Below the pieces are notes generated by a model. That model was not told the DNA's origin and did no database searches. It saw only the letters and a program-made list of their open reading frames with translations. A program made the translations under genes and the position numbers. 64,000 nt of DNA from Anaeramoeba ignava BMAN (lineage: Eukaryota > Protista > Anaeramoebae), in assembly GCA_028826165.1 (NCBI GenBank), contig JAPDFW010000092.1, positions 248,001 through 312,000 of the forward strand. Reading direction: 5' to 3'. Below, in pieces: positions 54,701-64,000 of this stretch; position 1 is the first letter of the stretch, and the number at the start of each line of letters is the position of its first letter.

Positions 54701-55347
54701 TTATATTGGCAAGCAATATGTAAAAGTGTTTCATTAAATAAATTTTTAGCATTAACATTTGCCCCCATTGAAACTAAATATTCAATAATTTCAAATGATT
54801 TTTGATATTTCAAAGCAAAATATAAAGGAGTTAAATTTGTTTTAGTTTTTGAATTGATATAAGATCCATTTTCAATTAGTAATTTAATAACTTCAATTGA
54901 ATTAGATTGACATGCAAGATGCAAAGGTGTTTTATCATCAAATCTTTTATTGTTAACATAAGCTCCTTTTGAAACAAGAAAATTTATTGTTTCCAAAGAA
55001 TTTTTTTCACATGCAAAATGTAAAGCTGTTTCTTTTTCATTTGTTTTTGAATTAATATCAATTCCTTTTGAAATTAATAATTTAATTATTTCAATTTTTG
55101 ATTGATTTATTATTGAAATGTGTAATAAATTTCTCCCTTTTTTATCTTTGAAATTAATATCGTTTTTATCATTATTAAATAATTTTGATAACAAGTATTC
55201 AATTATTTCTTTGCAAATTTTTTGCTTTATTGAATATTTTATTATTTTCTTTTTTTCTTTTTCTTTAATTTCTTTTATAATTTCTTCACAAATTTCTTTT
55301 AATTTTTCAATTTTATTTTCTTTTATTATTTCAATAATTTGATTCAT
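51793..55347 (-). CDS. Ankyrin-repeat protein with tandem C-terminal BTB/POZ domains, copy 1 (1184 aa)
   Basis: More than 20 ankyrin repeats (ETxLHxAC...IIxYLxxKGIDINxK) followed by two BTB domains (SDLII..FKVHKLIL; DFTIIV..IKVHKLILIIRSELF). Confidence 0.95.
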   Translation of the reverse strand: MNQIIEIIKENKIEKLKEICEEIIKEIKEKEKKKIIKYSIKQKICKEIIEYLLSKLFNNDKNDINFKDKKGRNLLHISIINQSKIEIIKLLISKGIDINSKTNEKETALHFACEKNSLETINFLVSKGAYVNNKRFDDKTPLHLACQSNSIEVIKLLIENGSYINSKTKTNLTPLYFALKYQKSFEIIEYLVSMGANVNAKNLFNETLLHIACQYNPSIQIIEYLISKKIDINSKNVRNETVLHYACKYQNSLEVIEYLVSKGIDINSKNVNNETVLHYACKFQNSLEVIEYLVSKGIDILSKNLNNETLLHFACKFKNSLEVIEYLVSKGIDINSKNVNNETVLHYACEYKNSLEIIKYLVSKGIDVNAKTKWNETALYIIFQNHELNENSIQIIKFLISNGFDINSKRDSNETLLHLICKKQNLKDKLIDIIKFLVESGIDINAKKTYGNETAFHLACQFNLSLEIIEYFVSKGVDINSTTSKYETALHLACTNNQNTIDVVKFLLDNGVDFYRKTNSRETYLHYACKYHNSLDIIDYLIEKGSDINAKTSEDETPLHLTCEKINEKSFEIIKFLVSKGADITAQTKYNKATPLHFVSKKLNQNEYSFEIIKFLVSKELELKSQSNQSNNQTSEKSKRNYPMKTRYTYSRFDQKTPLHLICENENFKGNSIDIIKFFVESGIDINATTSYKQESAFHYFCKYQNQKDPIQTINYLLKSGLDLKSKTKNDETFLHYACQNQNESATKVVQYLIQKGIDVNAKTKRNQTALHFACENKNLISLEIIKCLVLKGADINAKVYNNQSALHLVCQYQPENSFPIIKFLVESGIDIDVKTNYNETALHFAFKFELTSFESAKYLIESGIDINTKTTYNETVLHFACKNNPSIQIIKYLVEKGIDINAKTYSNETALSILIENQNQNTIKLLLMNDTNINNLKQEKITKEFISLFSQIYSFNEDLNNLLKSNQFSDLIIQSNDSFKFKVHKLILLTRFDNNETILQKFINNCYQKPKNEIEIILNFIYTGFSNFDKMIENLNSQKIQIENQEENEIISNFFKEIEIDSNWIETKKGRKGIIKDFSKLYENETSKDFTIIVEEKEIKVHKLILIIRSELFKGMFLLNVSDSSNQVHDYSRKSFQTIQEFIYFFYHDNFEEDLKELILEECSDFKDYYQLNQNSIIDLILN

Positions 55348-55414
55348 TTTTTTTTTAATTTTTGAAAATGAAAAAAATGAAAAGAAAAAAATGAAAAAAA
55401 AAATTTTTTGGAAT

Positions 55415-58400
55415 TTAATTTAAAATTAAATCAATTATTGAATTTTGATTTAATTGATAATAATCTTTAAAATCTGAGCATTCTTCTAATATTAATTCTT
55501 TTAAATCTTCTTCAAAATTATCATGATAGAAAAAATAAATAAATTCTTGAATTGTTTGGAATGATTTTCTTGAATAATCATGAACTTGATTTGATGTATC
55601 TGAAACATTTAATAAAAACATTCCTTTAAATAATTCACTTCTTATTATTAATATTAATTTATGAACTTTGATTTCTTTTTCTTCAACAATTATTGTGAAA
55701 TCTTTACTTGTTTCATTTTCATATAATTTGGAAAAATCTTTTATTATTCCTTTTCTTCCTTTTTTTGTTTCAATCCATTTTGAATTAATTTCAATTTCTT
55801 TGAAAAAATTTGAAATAATTTCATTTTCTTCTTGATTTTCAATTTGAATTTTTTGAGAATTTAAATTTTCAATCATTTTATCAAAATTAGAAAATCCTGT
55901 ATAAATAAAATTCAAAATAATTTCAATTTCATTTTTTGGTTTTTGATAACAATTATTGATAAATTTTTGTAAAATTGTTTCATTATTATCAAATCTTGTT
56001 AATAAAATTAATTTATGAACTTTAAATTTAAATGAATCATTTGATTGAATTATTAAATCTGAAAATTGATTTGATTTCAATAAATTGTTTAGATCTTCAT
56101 TAAATGAATAAATTTGGGAAAATAAACTAATAAATTCTTTTGTAATTTTTTCTTGTTTCAAATTATTAATATTCGTATCATTCATTAATAAAAATTTGAT
56201 TGTATTTTGATTTTGGTTTTCAATTGATATTGAAAGAGCAGTTTCATTTGAATATGTTTTTGCATTAATATCAATTCCTTTTTCAACTAAATATTTGATA
56301 ATTTGAATTGAATTAAACTTGGAAACAAAATGTAAAACAGTTTCATTATAAGTTGTTTTTGTGTTAATATCAATTCCTTTGGAAAGTAATAATTTAATAA
56401 CCTTTAATGATGGATTAGATTTACAAGCAAAATGTAAAGCAGTTTCATTTTTATTTGTTTTTGTATTGATATCAATTCCTTTGGAAATTAAGTATTCAAT
56501 AAGATGGAAAAAGTTTAGTTGACAAGCAAAATGTAAAGCTGTTTCATCATTTTGTGTTTTTGCATTAATATCAATTCCTTTTTGAATCAAATATTGAATA
56601 ACTTCAAATGAGTTGTTTTTGCAAGCAAAATGCAAAGCAGTTTCATTTTTATTGGTTTTTGCATTGATATCAATTCCTTTTTGAATTAAATATTGAATAA
56701 CTTCAAATGAGTTGTTTTTAGAAGCAAAATGTAAAGCTGTTTCATTATTTTCTGTTTTTGAATTAATATCAATTCCTTTTTGAATTAAATATTGAATAAC
56801 TTCAAATGAAGAATTGAATTCAGAAGCAAAATGCAATGCTGTTCTATTTTGTTTTGTTTTTGCATTGATATCACATCCTTTGTTAATCAAATATTCAACA
56901 GCTTTTAATGGAGGATTAAACTTGCAAATTAAATGTAAAGCTGTTTCTTGCTTATTTGTTTTGGCATTAATATCAATACCTTTAGAAATAAAATATTCAA
57001 TAAATTCAAGTAATGGATTGTATTTGCAAACTAAATGCAAAGGTGTTTCTTGGTAATTTGTTTTGATATTAATATCAGCACCTTTTTCAATTAAGTAGTT
57101 AATAACTTCAAATGATCGATTATTTTGGCAAGCTAAATGAAAAGGTGTTTCTTTTTTATATAAAGTTGGGGCATTTATGTCAATTCCTTTTTCAACAAAG
57201 TATTTAATAGCTTGAAATGATTTTTTTTGGCATGCGAAATGTAAAACTGTTTCATTGTGTGTTGTTTTGACACTAATATCAGCTCCTTTGGAAATTAGAT
57301 ATTCAATAACTTCAAATGATGAAATATCTCGACAAGCTAAATGTAATGGTGTTTCATTATAATCTGATTTTGCATTAATATCAGCTCCTTTTTCAACTAA
57401 ATATTTAATAATTTCAATTGATGTATTATTTTGACAAGCAAAATGTAATGGTGTTTCATTATAATCTGTTTTTGCATTAATATCAGCTCCTTTGGAAATT
57501 AGATATTCAATAATTTCAATTGATGGATTATATTCACAAACTAAGTGTAATAGTGCTTGATTTTCATTTGTTTTTGCATTAATATCAGCTCCTTTTTCAA
57601 TTAAGTAGTTAATAATTTCAATTGATGAGTTATATTGAAATGCATAATGTAAAGGTGTTTCATCTTCAGATGATTTTGCATTAATATCAACTCCTTTTTC
57701 AATTAAATATTCGATAATTTTAATTGATGAATTATTTTGGCATGCTAAATGTAAAGGTGTTTCATTGAAATCTGTTTTGGCATTAATATCAATTCCTTTT
57801 TCAATTAAATATTCGGTAATTTCAATTGATAAATTATATTGAGATGCATAATGTAAAGGTGTTTCATCGTAATTTGTTTTTGCATTGATATCAAATCCTT
57901 TGGAAACTAAATATTCAATAACTTCAAGCGATGGGTTATTTTGATAGATATAATGAAATAGTGTATCATTATTATCAGTTTTTTCATATAAATCAATTCC
58001 TTTAGAAACTAAATATTCAATAACTTCAATCGATGGTTTGTTTTGGCAAGCATAGTGTAACACTGTTTTATTCCATTTTGTTTTTTCATTTATATCAATT
58101 CCTTTTGAAATTAGATATTTGATAATTTTAAGAGGATTTTCATTATGTCTGGAGGCAAGATGCAAAATTGATTCATTCCATTTTGTTGTTGAGTTGATAT
58201 CAATTCCTTTGGAAACTAAATATTCAATAACTTGAATTGTATTAGATTGACAAGCAAAATGCAAAATTGTTTTATTATCTCTTGTTTTTTGATTGATATC
58301 AATTCCTTTGGAAATTAAATATTCAATAACTTGAATTGAATTAGATTGGCAAGCAAAATGTAAAACTGTTTTATTATCTCTTGTTTTTTGATTAATATCA

Positions 58401-59293
58401 ATTCCTTTGGAAATTAGATATTCAATAACTTGAATTGAATTCTTTTTACAAGCAAAATGTAAAACTGTTTTATTATCTCTTGTTTTTTGATTAATATCAA
58501 TTCCTTTGGAAATTAGATATTCAATAACTTGAATTGAATTAGATTGGCAAGCAAAATGTAAAGCTGTTTTTTTATCTCTTGTTTTTTGATTAATATTAAT
58601 TCCTTTGGAAATTAAATATTCAATAATTTGAATTGAATTAGATTGACAAGCAAAATGTAAAGCTGTTTTTTTGCTTTCTGTTTTTTGATTAATATCAATT
58701 CCTTTGGAAATTAGATATTCAATAACTTGAATTGAATTCTTTTTACAAGCAAAATGTAGAATTGTTTTTTTGTTTTCTGTTTTTTGATTAATATTAACTC
58801 CTTTTGAAATTAGATATTCAATAATTTGAATTGAATCCTTTTTACAAACAAAATGTAGAATTGTTTTATTATATCTTGTTTTTGTATTAATATTAGCTCC
58901 TTTGGAAAGTAGATAATCAATAACTTTAGTTGAATTTTCATTTTGTAAATATTTTATTGAATAATGAATGATTGTTTTTTCTTTGAAGTCTTTTGAATTA
59001 ATATCAATTCCTTTTGAAATTAATAATTTAATTATTTCAATTTTTGATTGATTTATTATTGAAATGTGTAATAAATTTCTCCCTTTTTTATCTTTGAAAT
59101 TAATATCGGTTTTATCATTATTAAATAATTTTGATAATAAATATTCAATTATTTCTTTGCAAACTTTTTGCTTTATTGAATATTTTATTATTTTCTTTTT
59201 TTCTTTTTCTTTAATTTCTTTTATAATTTCTTCACAAATTTCTTTTAATTTTTCAATTTTATTTTCTTTTATTATTTCAATAATTTTATTCAT
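55415..59293 (-). CDS. Ankyrin-repeat protein with tandem BTB/POZ domains, copy 2 (1292 aa)
   Basis: Same architecture; termini near-identical to copy 1. Confidence 0.95.
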   Translation of the reverse strand: MNKIIEIIKENKIEKLKEICEEIIKEIKEKEKKKIIKYSIKQKVCKEIIEYLLSKLFNNDKTDINFKDKKGRNLLHISIINQSKIEIIKLLISKGIDINSKDFKEKTIIHYSIKYLQNENSTKVIDYLLSKGANINTKTRYNKTILHFVCKKDSIQIIEYLISKGVNINQKTENKKTILHFACKKNSIQVIEYLISKGIDINQKTESKKTALHFACQSNSIQIIEYLISKGININQKTRDKKTALHFACQSNSIQVIEYLISKGIDINQKTRDNKTVLHFACKKNSIQVIEYLISKGIDINQKTRDNKTVLHFACQSNSIQVIEYLISKGIDINQKTRDNKTILHFACQSNTIQVIEYLVSKGIDINSTTKWNESILHLASRHNENPLKIIKYLISKGIDINEKTKWNKTVLHYACQNKPSIEVIEYLVSKGIDLYEKTDNNDTLFHYIYQNNPSLEVIEYLVSKGFDINAKTNYDETPLHYASQYNLSIEITEYLIEKGIDINAKTDFNETPLHLACQNNSSIKIIEYLIEKGVDINAKSSEDETPLHYAFQYNSSIEIINYLIEKGADINAKTNENQALLHLVCEYNPSIEIIEYLISKGADINAKTDYNETPLHFACQNNTSIEIIKYLVEKGADINAKSDYNETPLHLACRDISSFEVIEYLISKGADISVKTTHNETVLHFACQKKSFQAIKYFVEKGIDINAPTLYKKETPFHLACQNNRSFEVINYLIEKGADINIKTNYQETPLHLVCKYNPLLEFIEYFISKGIDINAKTNKQETALHLICKFNPPLKAVEYLINKGCDINAKTKQNRTALHFASEFNSSFEVIQYLIQKGIDINSKTENNETALHFASKNNSFEVIQYLIQKGIDINAKTNKNETALHFACKNNSFEVIQYLIQKGIDINAKTQNDETALHFACQLNFFHLIEYLISKGIDINTKTNKNETALHFACKSNPSLKVIKLLLSKGIDINTKTTYNETVLHFVSKFNSIQIIKYLVEKGIDINAKTYSNETALSISIENQNQNTIKFLLMNDTNINNLKQEKITKEFISLFSQIYSFNEDLNNLLKSNQFSDLIIQSNDSFKFKVHKLILLTRFDNNETILQKFINNCYQKPKNEIEIILNFIYTGFSNFDKMIENLNSQKIQIENQEENEIISNFFKEIEINSKWIETKKGRKGIIKDFSKLYENETSKDFTIIVEEKEIKVHKLILIIRSELFKGMFLLNVSDTSNQVHDYSRKSFQTIQEFIYFFYHDNFEEDLKELILEECSDFKDYYQLNQNSIIDLILN

Positions 59294-59433
59294 TTTTTTT
59301 TTTTAATAAAAATGAAAAGAAAAAAATAAGAAAATTTTTTTCATTTTTTTCCTTCTTTTGATTTTTCATTCTTCATTCTTGTTTTATTTTTTCTTGTTAT
59401 TTTTGTTATTTTGTCTTTTTTACATTAATATAA

Positions 59434-61702
59434 ATGATCAAACTTAAATTATCAGCGTAAAAAAAAATTTTTTTTGAAATTAACGATCTTATACAAAAAA
59501 AAAATATAAAATAAAAATAACAATAAAAACAATTTATTTTATAAAAGTCGTTCAACACCAGGAACAATTTGTTTGATGTTATTCATGATAATTCCTCTTG
59601 TAGCATTTGTTTTACCTTCTATTTTAGTATCTGTTCCTGATAGAGATAAAGTAAATTTCAAACAGAATTTAATTTCAAACAGAATTTAATTTCAAACAGA
59701 ATTTAAAAACAAAATTTAATTTAATTTCAAACAAAATTTAAAAACAGAATTTAATTTAATTTCAAACAGAATTTAAAAACAGAATTTAATTTAATTTAAT
59801 TTAATTTAAAAACAAAATTTAATTTAATTTCAAACAATTCAAAACAAAATTTAATTTAATTTAATTTAATTTAAAAACAATTTAAAAACAAAATTTAATT
59901 TAATTTAAAAACAATTTAAAAACAAAATTTAATTTAATTTCAAACAAAATTTAAAACAATTTAAAAACAATTTAAAAACAAAATTTAATTTAATTTCAAA
60001 ACAATTTAAAACAATTTAAAAACAATTTAAAAACAGAATTTAATTTAATTTAATTTAATTTCAAACAGAATTTAATTTAATTTAATTTAATTCCAAACAG
60101 AATTTAATTTAATTTAATTTAAAACAAAATTTAAAACAATTTAAAAACAAAATTTAATTTAATTTAATTTCAAACAAAATTTAAAACAATTTAAAAACAA
60201 TTTAAAAACAGAATTTAATTTAATTTAATTTCAAACAAAATTTAATTTAATTTAATTTAATTTCAAACAGAATTTAAAAACAGAATTTAATTTAATTTAA
60301 TTTCAAACAGAATTTAAAAACAGAATTTAATTTAATTTAATTTAATTTAATTTAAAAACAATTTAAAAACAATTTAAAAACAATTTAAAAACAATTTAAA
60401 AACAATTTCAAACAATTCAAAACAAAATTTAATTTAATTTAATTTAATTTAAAAACAATTTAAAAACAAAATTTAATTTAATTTCAAACAGAATTTAATT
60501 TAATTTAATTTAATTTAATTTAATTTAATTTAAAACAAAATTTAAAAACAAAATTTAATTTAATTTAATTTAATTTAATTTAATTTCAAACAGAATTTAA
60601 TTTAAAACAAAATTTAATTTAATTTAAAAAAAAATTGATTTGTTATCTTTTTAATCATTATTTATTCAATAGGATTGCCCAAAAGATTTATGGATATGGA
60701 TTTTAGTTTGCAATTCTGTTTTTACAGCAATTATTTTATTGGCAGGTTTTACTCAATCCTTTTTTTATGATACTTTTGCTCTTATAATGAGAATTTTAAA
60801 TTTAATTTTAACTCTTTTTTTGTTTGCTTGGGCTATTTTGGGTATTATTTGGGCTCGATCTAATGGTGTTGTATGTTTATCTTCTTCTTCATAATTATAT
60901 TTATTTATATATTAATTTATATATTAATTTATATATTAATTTATATATTTATTTATATAATTATTTATAAATTTAATTATATATTTATTTATATATTTAT
61001 TTATATATTTATTTATATATTTATTTATATATTTATTTATATATTTATTTATATATTTATTTATATATTTATTTATATATTTATTTATATAATTATTTAT
61101 ATAATTATTTATATATTTATTTATATAATTAATTTATATATTTATTTATATATTTATTTATATATTTATTTTATATATTTATTTTATATATTTATTTATA
61201 TAATTATTTATATATTTATTTATATAATTATTTATATATTTATTTATATATTTATTTATATATTTATTTATATAATTATTTATATAATTATTTATATAAT
61301 TATTTATATATTTATTTATATATTTATTTATATATTTATTTATATAATTATTTATATATTTATTTATATAATTATTTATATAATTATTTATATATTTATT
61401 TATATAATTATTTATATATTTATTTATATATTTATTTATATAATTATTTATATAATTATTTATATAATTATTTATATATTTATTTATATATTTATTTATA
61501 AATTTATTTATATATTTATTTATAAATTTATTTATATATTTATTTATATATTTATTTATATATTAAAATTCAAAAATAGAAATCTGAATGTGGAAAATTA
61601 TATTCTGTAACTTTTGGTGACTCTGTTGCTTTGGTTGTATTAATGTCAACCTCTTTAGTTATGGTTATTATTGTTGTTATAATGGTTTTAACTTGCCTTT
61701 AA
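59434..61702 (+). CDS. Small 4-TM protein, TMEM272-like (148 aa, 4 exons)
   Basis: Exons 59434-59456, 59548-59650, 60673-60870 and 61580-61702 total 447 nt in frame. CP..LWIW, FLFAW.ILG..W and C..LY pattern. Absent from the ORF track. Confidence 0.75.
59651..60630 (+). repeat. Compound minisatellite (AAACAGAATTTAATTTC / AATTT / AAAACAATTT) in intron 59651-60672
   Basis: Visible directly. Confidence 0.9.
60890..61562 (+). repeat. 12-bp minisatellite (ATATTTATTTAT)n in intron 60871-61579
   Basis: Visible directly; it generates the spurious (IFIY)n ORF 60873..61610. Confidence 0.9.
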
Positions 61703-61939
61703 AACAATAATTTGTAAACGACAACTTAAAATTAAAAAAAGTTCAAATTTTTTTTTTCCAATTTTTTTTTTAAGAAAAGAAAACACAGAAAATAGAAACA
61801 AAATGTTGTGTTTTTTTTTTAACAATTAACAATTAACAAAAAATTATCCAAGTTATGAATATAGATAAAAAAGCAAAATAAAATTTTTTTCATTTTTTTC
61901 TTTTTCATTTTTCTTTTTCTTTTTTTAAAAAACAACAAA

Positions 61940-64000
61940 ATGTTTTTCACTTTTAAATTTACCATTTCAATAATATTTTTACTTCTAATCTTCTTTCCAT
62001 TTAGAGTTCTAACTTGGGATTGGTACAATTACAATTTTGAAACTGATAATCTTGCTGACGAATTCAATATATTCAAACCAAGTAACTCATATCGATGCGG
62101 AACATGTGGAAGATCAAGCAGTTGGGGACTTAAATCAGAATTGGTTGATTCAAATGCGATTGAGAAAGAAATTGACAATCCATTTTCTGAAGTAACATTC
62201 CAATTTGATTTCAATGCGAATTCGGCAGTTATCACTTCATCAAATACTTTAAAGATTTTCCAAATATCAAATGAAAATTGGAACGCAATAGCCGGAATTT
62301 GGATGGTTCAAGGATCAACTGGTGGATATGAACTACGATTTGAATATAGCGTGCCAACAGGATATGAATTGCCTAATGGTTGGCACAGCTTGTCTTTTGT
62401 TATCAAGCATAATGTTTCTGAGACTCTTTATGTTGACGGTTCAAAGGTTCTTGAAAGATCAGCTACTCATGCTGGTCAGAAAATTTATGCTATGCTTTTC
62501 GGAGTGATCCAACTTTGGAATTCAGGCGCAAGTGGATCGTTTTATTATGATAACATCATCGTGAAATTTCCCGATTACTACCAAGTATATGTTGATTGCG
62601 ATTCGGGATCTGATTCCAATGATGGGAGATCTGAAAGTTCACCTTTTAGAACAATTTCTTATGCTTCTCAATTGGTGTCACCAGGTGGTTCAGTCACTGT
62701 TCTTCCCAGTACATGTCGCGAGTCTTTTTGGCCTTTATATTCGGGAAGCAGCGCATCTAATCCGACAGTATATCAAGCCAGAGACGGATCAGAAACAGTG
62801 CACATTCGAGGCTCAGAAACTATTCCACTTGCTCAATGGCATCAAGCAACAGCTGGAGATTTACCAGATGTTAATCCAGCGATTGTTTCGCATATTTACT
62901 ATGCAGATTTGTCTTCATGGACACTCACTGATAATCCACTTTTTGTGATGGATGATCGACAAGATTATGAACATATGAGACTACCAATGGCAAGATATCC
63001 AAATTGGAAAATCAATGTTCCTTGGAAATATGCCGAGCCTTGGGCAACTGCAAATGGAGCGTATCAAGTGGAAAATTGTGATACTTCGCAGGATTCTCAT
63101 TGCGATACTCTTTCCTTTACAACATTGATGGACACAAACACTTTTGGCTCCATTTGTGATCTAACTGGAGCAATTATTCGAATGATCGACGGATATCAAG
63201 GTCATTACTACTACAAAAGAAACATAGTTTCTCACAACACAGGAACAAGCACAATTCAAGTTGATGAGGATTGCAGTCATGATGGAAATCCTGGAATTGG
63301 AAGATTCACAAAATATTATGTTGAAGGAAAACAATGTCTACTTGATGAGCCTGGCGAATGGTGGTTTGACAAGAATGGAACACAAAGAATATATGTCTGG
63401 CCTCCTGATAACCAGACAAGCACTCTTCCACATTTGGAAATCTCGCGGTTTACTGATGGAATTATTCTTAGTGACAAATCTTACATTACAATCAAAGATT
63501 TCACAGTTGAGTTCTTCAACGGCAAAGCATTGACACTTGAGAATTGGACTGGAAGAAAAAGCTCAAACCTTGTCTTTGATAATCTTCATGTCGCCTTTGC
63601 TGATGTTGGTATTCAAGTCGAAGCTTCTTATAGTGGAACAATTCCTGATGGTATTATCACTCAAAATATTTATATCACAAATTCAAAGTTTGAATATCTT
63701 GACAGCAGAGGTGCATACACTTTGGAGTGGTGGGATGGTGCTCCAAGCGCAAGTTCTTATCAAAGAAATCAACTCATCAATGTTTTTTTTGATAACAATG
63801 AATTCTATAATCTTTCCTTCAAATGTAATGAACTTTGCTATGATAACGCAGTTGGAATTTCTTTTGGATATGCAAATTATTTGAGATTTACAAACAATCA
63901 TGTTCATGTTGTTGCTCATAATGGTGTTCAAGTTTCAAGCAGTATTCTAAAGGATAACCAAATTTTAACAGGTCATGTTCTTATTGAGGGAAATGTAATT
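61940..64000 (+). CDS. Secreted LamG/ConA-like plus right-handed parallel beta-helix protein, bacterial type (3'-truncated by the window)
   Basis: Open frame of 687 codons from ATG 61940 to the window end. Signal-like MFFTFKFTISIIFLLLIFFPFRVLT; LamG-like GWHSL...LYVDG...YYDNIIV; YVDCDSGSDSNDG.S..PFRTI..A; LPMARYPNW; YYVEG...LLDEPGEWWFD; Asn-rich beta-helix rungs. Confidence 0.88.
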   Translation, partial: MFFTFKFTISIIFLLLIFFPFRVLTWDWYNYNFETDNLADEFNIFKPSNSYRCGTCGRSSSWGLKSELVDSNAIEKEIDNPFSEVTFQFDFNANSAVITSSNTLKIFQISNENWNAIAGIWMVQGSTGGYELRFEYSVPTGYELPNGWHSLSFVIKHNVSETLYVDGSKVLERSATHAGQKIYAMLFGVIQLWNSGASGSFYYDNIIVKFPDYYQVYVDCDSGSDSNDGRSESSPFRTISYASQLVSPGGSVTVLPSTCRESFWPLYSGSSASNPTVYQARDGSETVHIRGSETIPLAQWHQATAGDLPDVNPAIVSHIYYADLSSWTLTDNPLFVMDDRQDYEHMRLPMARYPNWKINVPWKYAEPWATANGAYQVENCDTSQDSHCDTLSFTTLMDTNTFGSICDLTGAIIRMIDGYQGHYYYKRNIVSHNTGTSTIQVDEDCSHDGNPGIGRFTKYYVEGKQCLLDEPGEWWFDKNGTQRIYVWPPDNQTSTLPHLEISRFTDGIILSDKSYITIKDFTVEFFNGKALTLENWTGRKSSNLVFDNLHVAFADVGIQVEASYSGTIPDGIITQNIYITNSKFEYLDSRGAYTLEWWDGAPSASSYQRNQLINVFFDNNEFYNLSFKCNELCYDNAVGISFGYANYLRFTNNHVHVVAHNGVQVSSSILKDNQILTGHVLIEGNVI

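Overview
AT-rich eukaryotic nuclear DNA using the standard genetic code and GT-AG spliceosomal introns. The gene content (expanded ankyrin-BTB and BTB-TLDc genes, TCATT initiator-like tracts) resembles the anaerobic metamonad Anaeramoeba, but this attribution is an inference. I could reconstruct about 20 protein genes by hand-splicing: a truncated ORF, BTB-TLDc, AP-3 sigma, three tandem cAMP-receptor-like GPCRs, a Sip5/DA2-type RING protein, DDX41, a CH-RasGAP-PH protein, five tandem ZIFL-like MFS transporters interrupted by Cactin, an SH3-PX-BAR sorting nexin, a TTI2-like HEAT protein, two tandem ankyrin-BTB genes, a TMEM272-like 4-TM protein and a bacterial-type secreted beta-helix protein that runs off the window end and is missing from the ORF track. 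An intergenic U18/snR18-type box C/D snoRNA is also present. Most notable: (1) many introns are filled by private minisatellites grown from local seeds, so one intron varies about 20-fold in length between near-identical paralogues, and about a third of acceptors are A-rich AAG sites without a pyrimidine tract; (2) the ankyrin-BTB pair has near-constant ends around non-colinear ankyrin arrays, and its duplication breakpoint lies in a start-codon microhomology that captured the TTI2 upstream region; (3) a recurrent sense-oriented ATTCCACTTTT motif; (4) the beta-helix gene is a lateral-transfer candidate. Several frameshifts and garbled exons look like long-read consensus errors.
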